From Ignicoccus pacificus DSM 13166 (GTDB taxonomy: Archaea; Thermoproteota; Thermoprotei_A; Sulfolobales; Ignicoccaceae), in NCBI GenBank assembly GCA_025340205.1, contig CP006868.1, forward strand, positions 1,350,001 through 1,382,000: 32,000 nt of DNA. The letters are read 5' to 3'. This document shows positions 30,517-32,000 of this stretch, piece after piece (the first letter of the stretch is position 1; every line of letters starts with the position of its first letter). A program made the translations under genes and the position numbers. The notes beneath the pieces are model-generated. The model had not been told where the DNA came from, searched no databases, and saw only the letters and a list, made by a program, of their open reading frames with translations.

Positions 30517-31788
30517 ATGAAGATTACAGTTCAGCCCTCCACCGCCAGGGGGTCCTTGGAGGCTCCTCCGAGCAAGAGCTGGGCCCAGAGGATGCTCTTC
30601 CTGTCCCTCCTCGCTGATGGGGAAAGCGAGATAGGGAGGCTGCCCAAGTCCGACGACGTCTTGGCGTCACTGGAAGCCGTCAAGGCGTTCGGAGCGGAAG
30701 TGACGAGGGAGAAGGATAAGGTAAAGATCAGCGGGGGAGAGGTAAAGGTACCTGAGAACGTAATAGACATGAGAGGATCCGGAACGGGAGCCAGGATAGC
30801 GATAGGAATAGGCACCTTGGTTCCGAAGGGCTTCGGGACTTGCATCACCGGGAACGAGAGCCTTAGGAGGAGGCCGATGGGGCCGGTGGTGGAGCTCTTC
30901 AATTCCTTGGGAGCGGAGGTGAGAAGTCTAAGGGGAGGGAAGCTTCCCGTCGTCTCCTTCGGAGGTCTCCCGGGAGGGGAGGCTGAGGTAGACGGGAGCG
31001 TCACGAGCCAGCACGTCACCTCCGCCCTGATAGCTGGAACCAAAAGCGAGAAGGGAGTTACTCTAAAGATAAAGAACCTGGTCTCCAGAGCTTACGTAGC
31101 ATTAACTGAGGAGGTCTTGGAGCTGTTCGGGGCTAAGGTAGAGTGTTCTGAGGACTACTCCCATTGCTCCGTGGAGCCTTCTGACCTCTCCCCCATATCC
31201 ATGGACGTCCCCGGAGATTACGCACTAGCTGCCTTTCCTATGGCATTAGCCGTAATAACGAAGGGAAGGGTCGTGATAGAGGGACTTCCCGCCCCGAGGC
31301 AAGGACCCGGGGATCACAGGATAATAGATTACTTGAAGGCCTTTGGAGCTCAGGTTACCTATATCAGCGGGAAGCTGGAGGTCACCATGAGCGGTAGGCC
31401 GAAGGCGGTCAAGCTTAACTTGAGAGACGAGCCGGACTTGGCCCTCCCCATAGCCGCCGTAGCCGCGATAGCTCAAGGAGAGACCGTCCTAAGGGGACTA
31501 TCCCACTTGGCATATAAGGAGTCAAACAGATTGGAGCAGATAGTGAGGGTGCTGGAGTGCTTCGGAGTTAGGGCTAGGGTCGATGCCGGCTCCATAAGGA
31601 TATGGGGAACCGTGGCCTTGAAGCCTTGCGCCATGAAATGCCCAGACGACCACAGAGTGGCGATGATGGCGTCTCTACTTGGAGCTTACGTGGGAGCGAG
31701 GATTGATAACGCCGAGTGCGTAGCGAAGAGCTGGCCCGAGTACTGGGACGTGCTCAAGAGGCTGGGGGTGAGACTCATTGAGTACTAA
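30517..31788 (+). CDS. aroA: 3-phosphoshikimate 1-carboxyvinyltransferase (EPSP synthase)
   Basis: The N-terminus is LEAPPSKSWAQRMLFLSLLADGES. The C-terminal motif is DDHRVAMMASLLG. Size is 423 aa. Confidence 0.9.
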   Translation: MKITVQPSTARGSLEAPPSKSWAQRMLFLSLLADGESEIGRLPKSDDVLASLEAVKAFGAEVTREKDKVKISGGEVKVPENVIDMRGSGTGARIAIGIGTLVPKGFGTCITGNESLRRRPMGPVVELFNSLGAEVRSLRGGKLPVVSFGGLPGGEAEVDGSVTSQHVTSALIAGTKSEKGVTLKIKNLVSRAYVALTEEVLELFGAKVECSEDYSHCSVEPSDLSPISMDVPGDYALAAFPMALAVITKGRVVIEGLPAPRQGPGDHRIIDYLKAFGAQVTYISGKLEVTMSGRPKAVKLNLRDEPDLALPIAAVAAIAQGETVLRGLSHLAYKESNRLEQIVRVLECFGVRARVDAGSIRIWGTVALKPCAMKCPDDHRVAMMASLLGAYVGARIDNAECVAKSWPEYWDVLKRLGVRLIEY

Positions 31789-32000
31789 GTGGGAGGTCAA
31801 GGAAGATAAGGACGGGATAAGGATTAGGGGTTCCGTGGACATATTGGTGGATCCCAAGAGGGTCCCTGAGGACGCTTACGATCTGGACTTCGTGGTGCTT
31901 ACCTCTAGGAGTGATGAGAAGGTCCTAGAGAAGGTGTTGGAGGCCAGCGAGGCCACTCTAATAACTCCTTCAGCTGTGAAGAGAACTATCAGGAAGAGGT
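31778..32000 (+). CDS. 5' part of an unidentified gene leaving the window (MSTKWEVKEDKDGIRIRGSVDILVDP...)
   Basis: The frame is open from TTG 31778, after TGA at 31769, to the window end. It overlaps the aroA stop by 11 nt. The composition is protein-like. IRIRGSVDILVDP is reminiscent of MBL-type hydrolase N-termini, but no HxHxDH motif is visible. Confidence 0.4.
   Translation, partial: MSTKWEVKEDKDGIRIRGSVDILVDPKRVPEDAYDLDFVVLTSRSDEKVLEKVLEASEATLITPSAVKRTIRKR

Noticed and set aside
30531-31043. 170-aa ORF antisense to aroA
   Set aside because: It is a shadow ORF inside a confidently identified gene and has low-complexity P/S/T/L composition.

Overview
Dense archaeal chromosomal segment. 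The codon usage (AGG/AAG/GAG/CTC), frequent GTG/TTG starts, TATA-type promoters and gene set look like a hyperthermophilic crenarchaeon of the Desulfurococcales/Ignicoccus type, but that taxon is a guess. I found no rRNA or tRNA genes.

The housekeeping backbone is pheT, ileS, nfi, hemA, aroA, hypA, hypC, a hydantoinase/oxoprolinase-A homologue and a formate-dehydrogenase/FwdB-like molybdoenzyme. It also includes a TrmJ-like SpoU methyltransferase, an RsmC/MJ0882-like methyltransferase, an A24 prepilin peptidase, a UPF0282 MBL-fold protein and a SplB-like radical SAM protein.

Several accessory parts are interleaved with this backbone.

1. Left-hand island (about 150-5000). It holds a frameshifted Arch_ATPase pseudogene and an ABC/SMC-like ATPase with substituted catalytic residues. 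These are followed by a C2H2 zinc-finger mini-protein, a Pmp3-like membrane protein, an unknown protein and an orphan Csx1 (CARF-DxTHG-HEPN).

2. Palindrome in front of an intact ATPase. An intact Arch_ATPase/DUF234 gene is preceded by a perfect 26-nt palindrome. A degenerate copy of the same half-sites sits in front of the pseudogene.

3. Right-hand locus (about 25.7-30.5 kb). It holds the radical SAM gene, an AT-rich decayed gap and a stand-alone TGT-fold (DpdA-like) protein without a zinc site. Next come a secreted CxxCH protein, a small CRISPR array (7 good repeats plus at least 1 fossil repeat, no cas genes in the window) and a 179-aa minimal CARF protein that resembles Crn1 ring nucleases.

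4. Two genes with extreme C-ending codon optimisation: 21100..22101 and 24905..25402.

All functional calls rest on motifs read from the supplied translations. No database search was possible.
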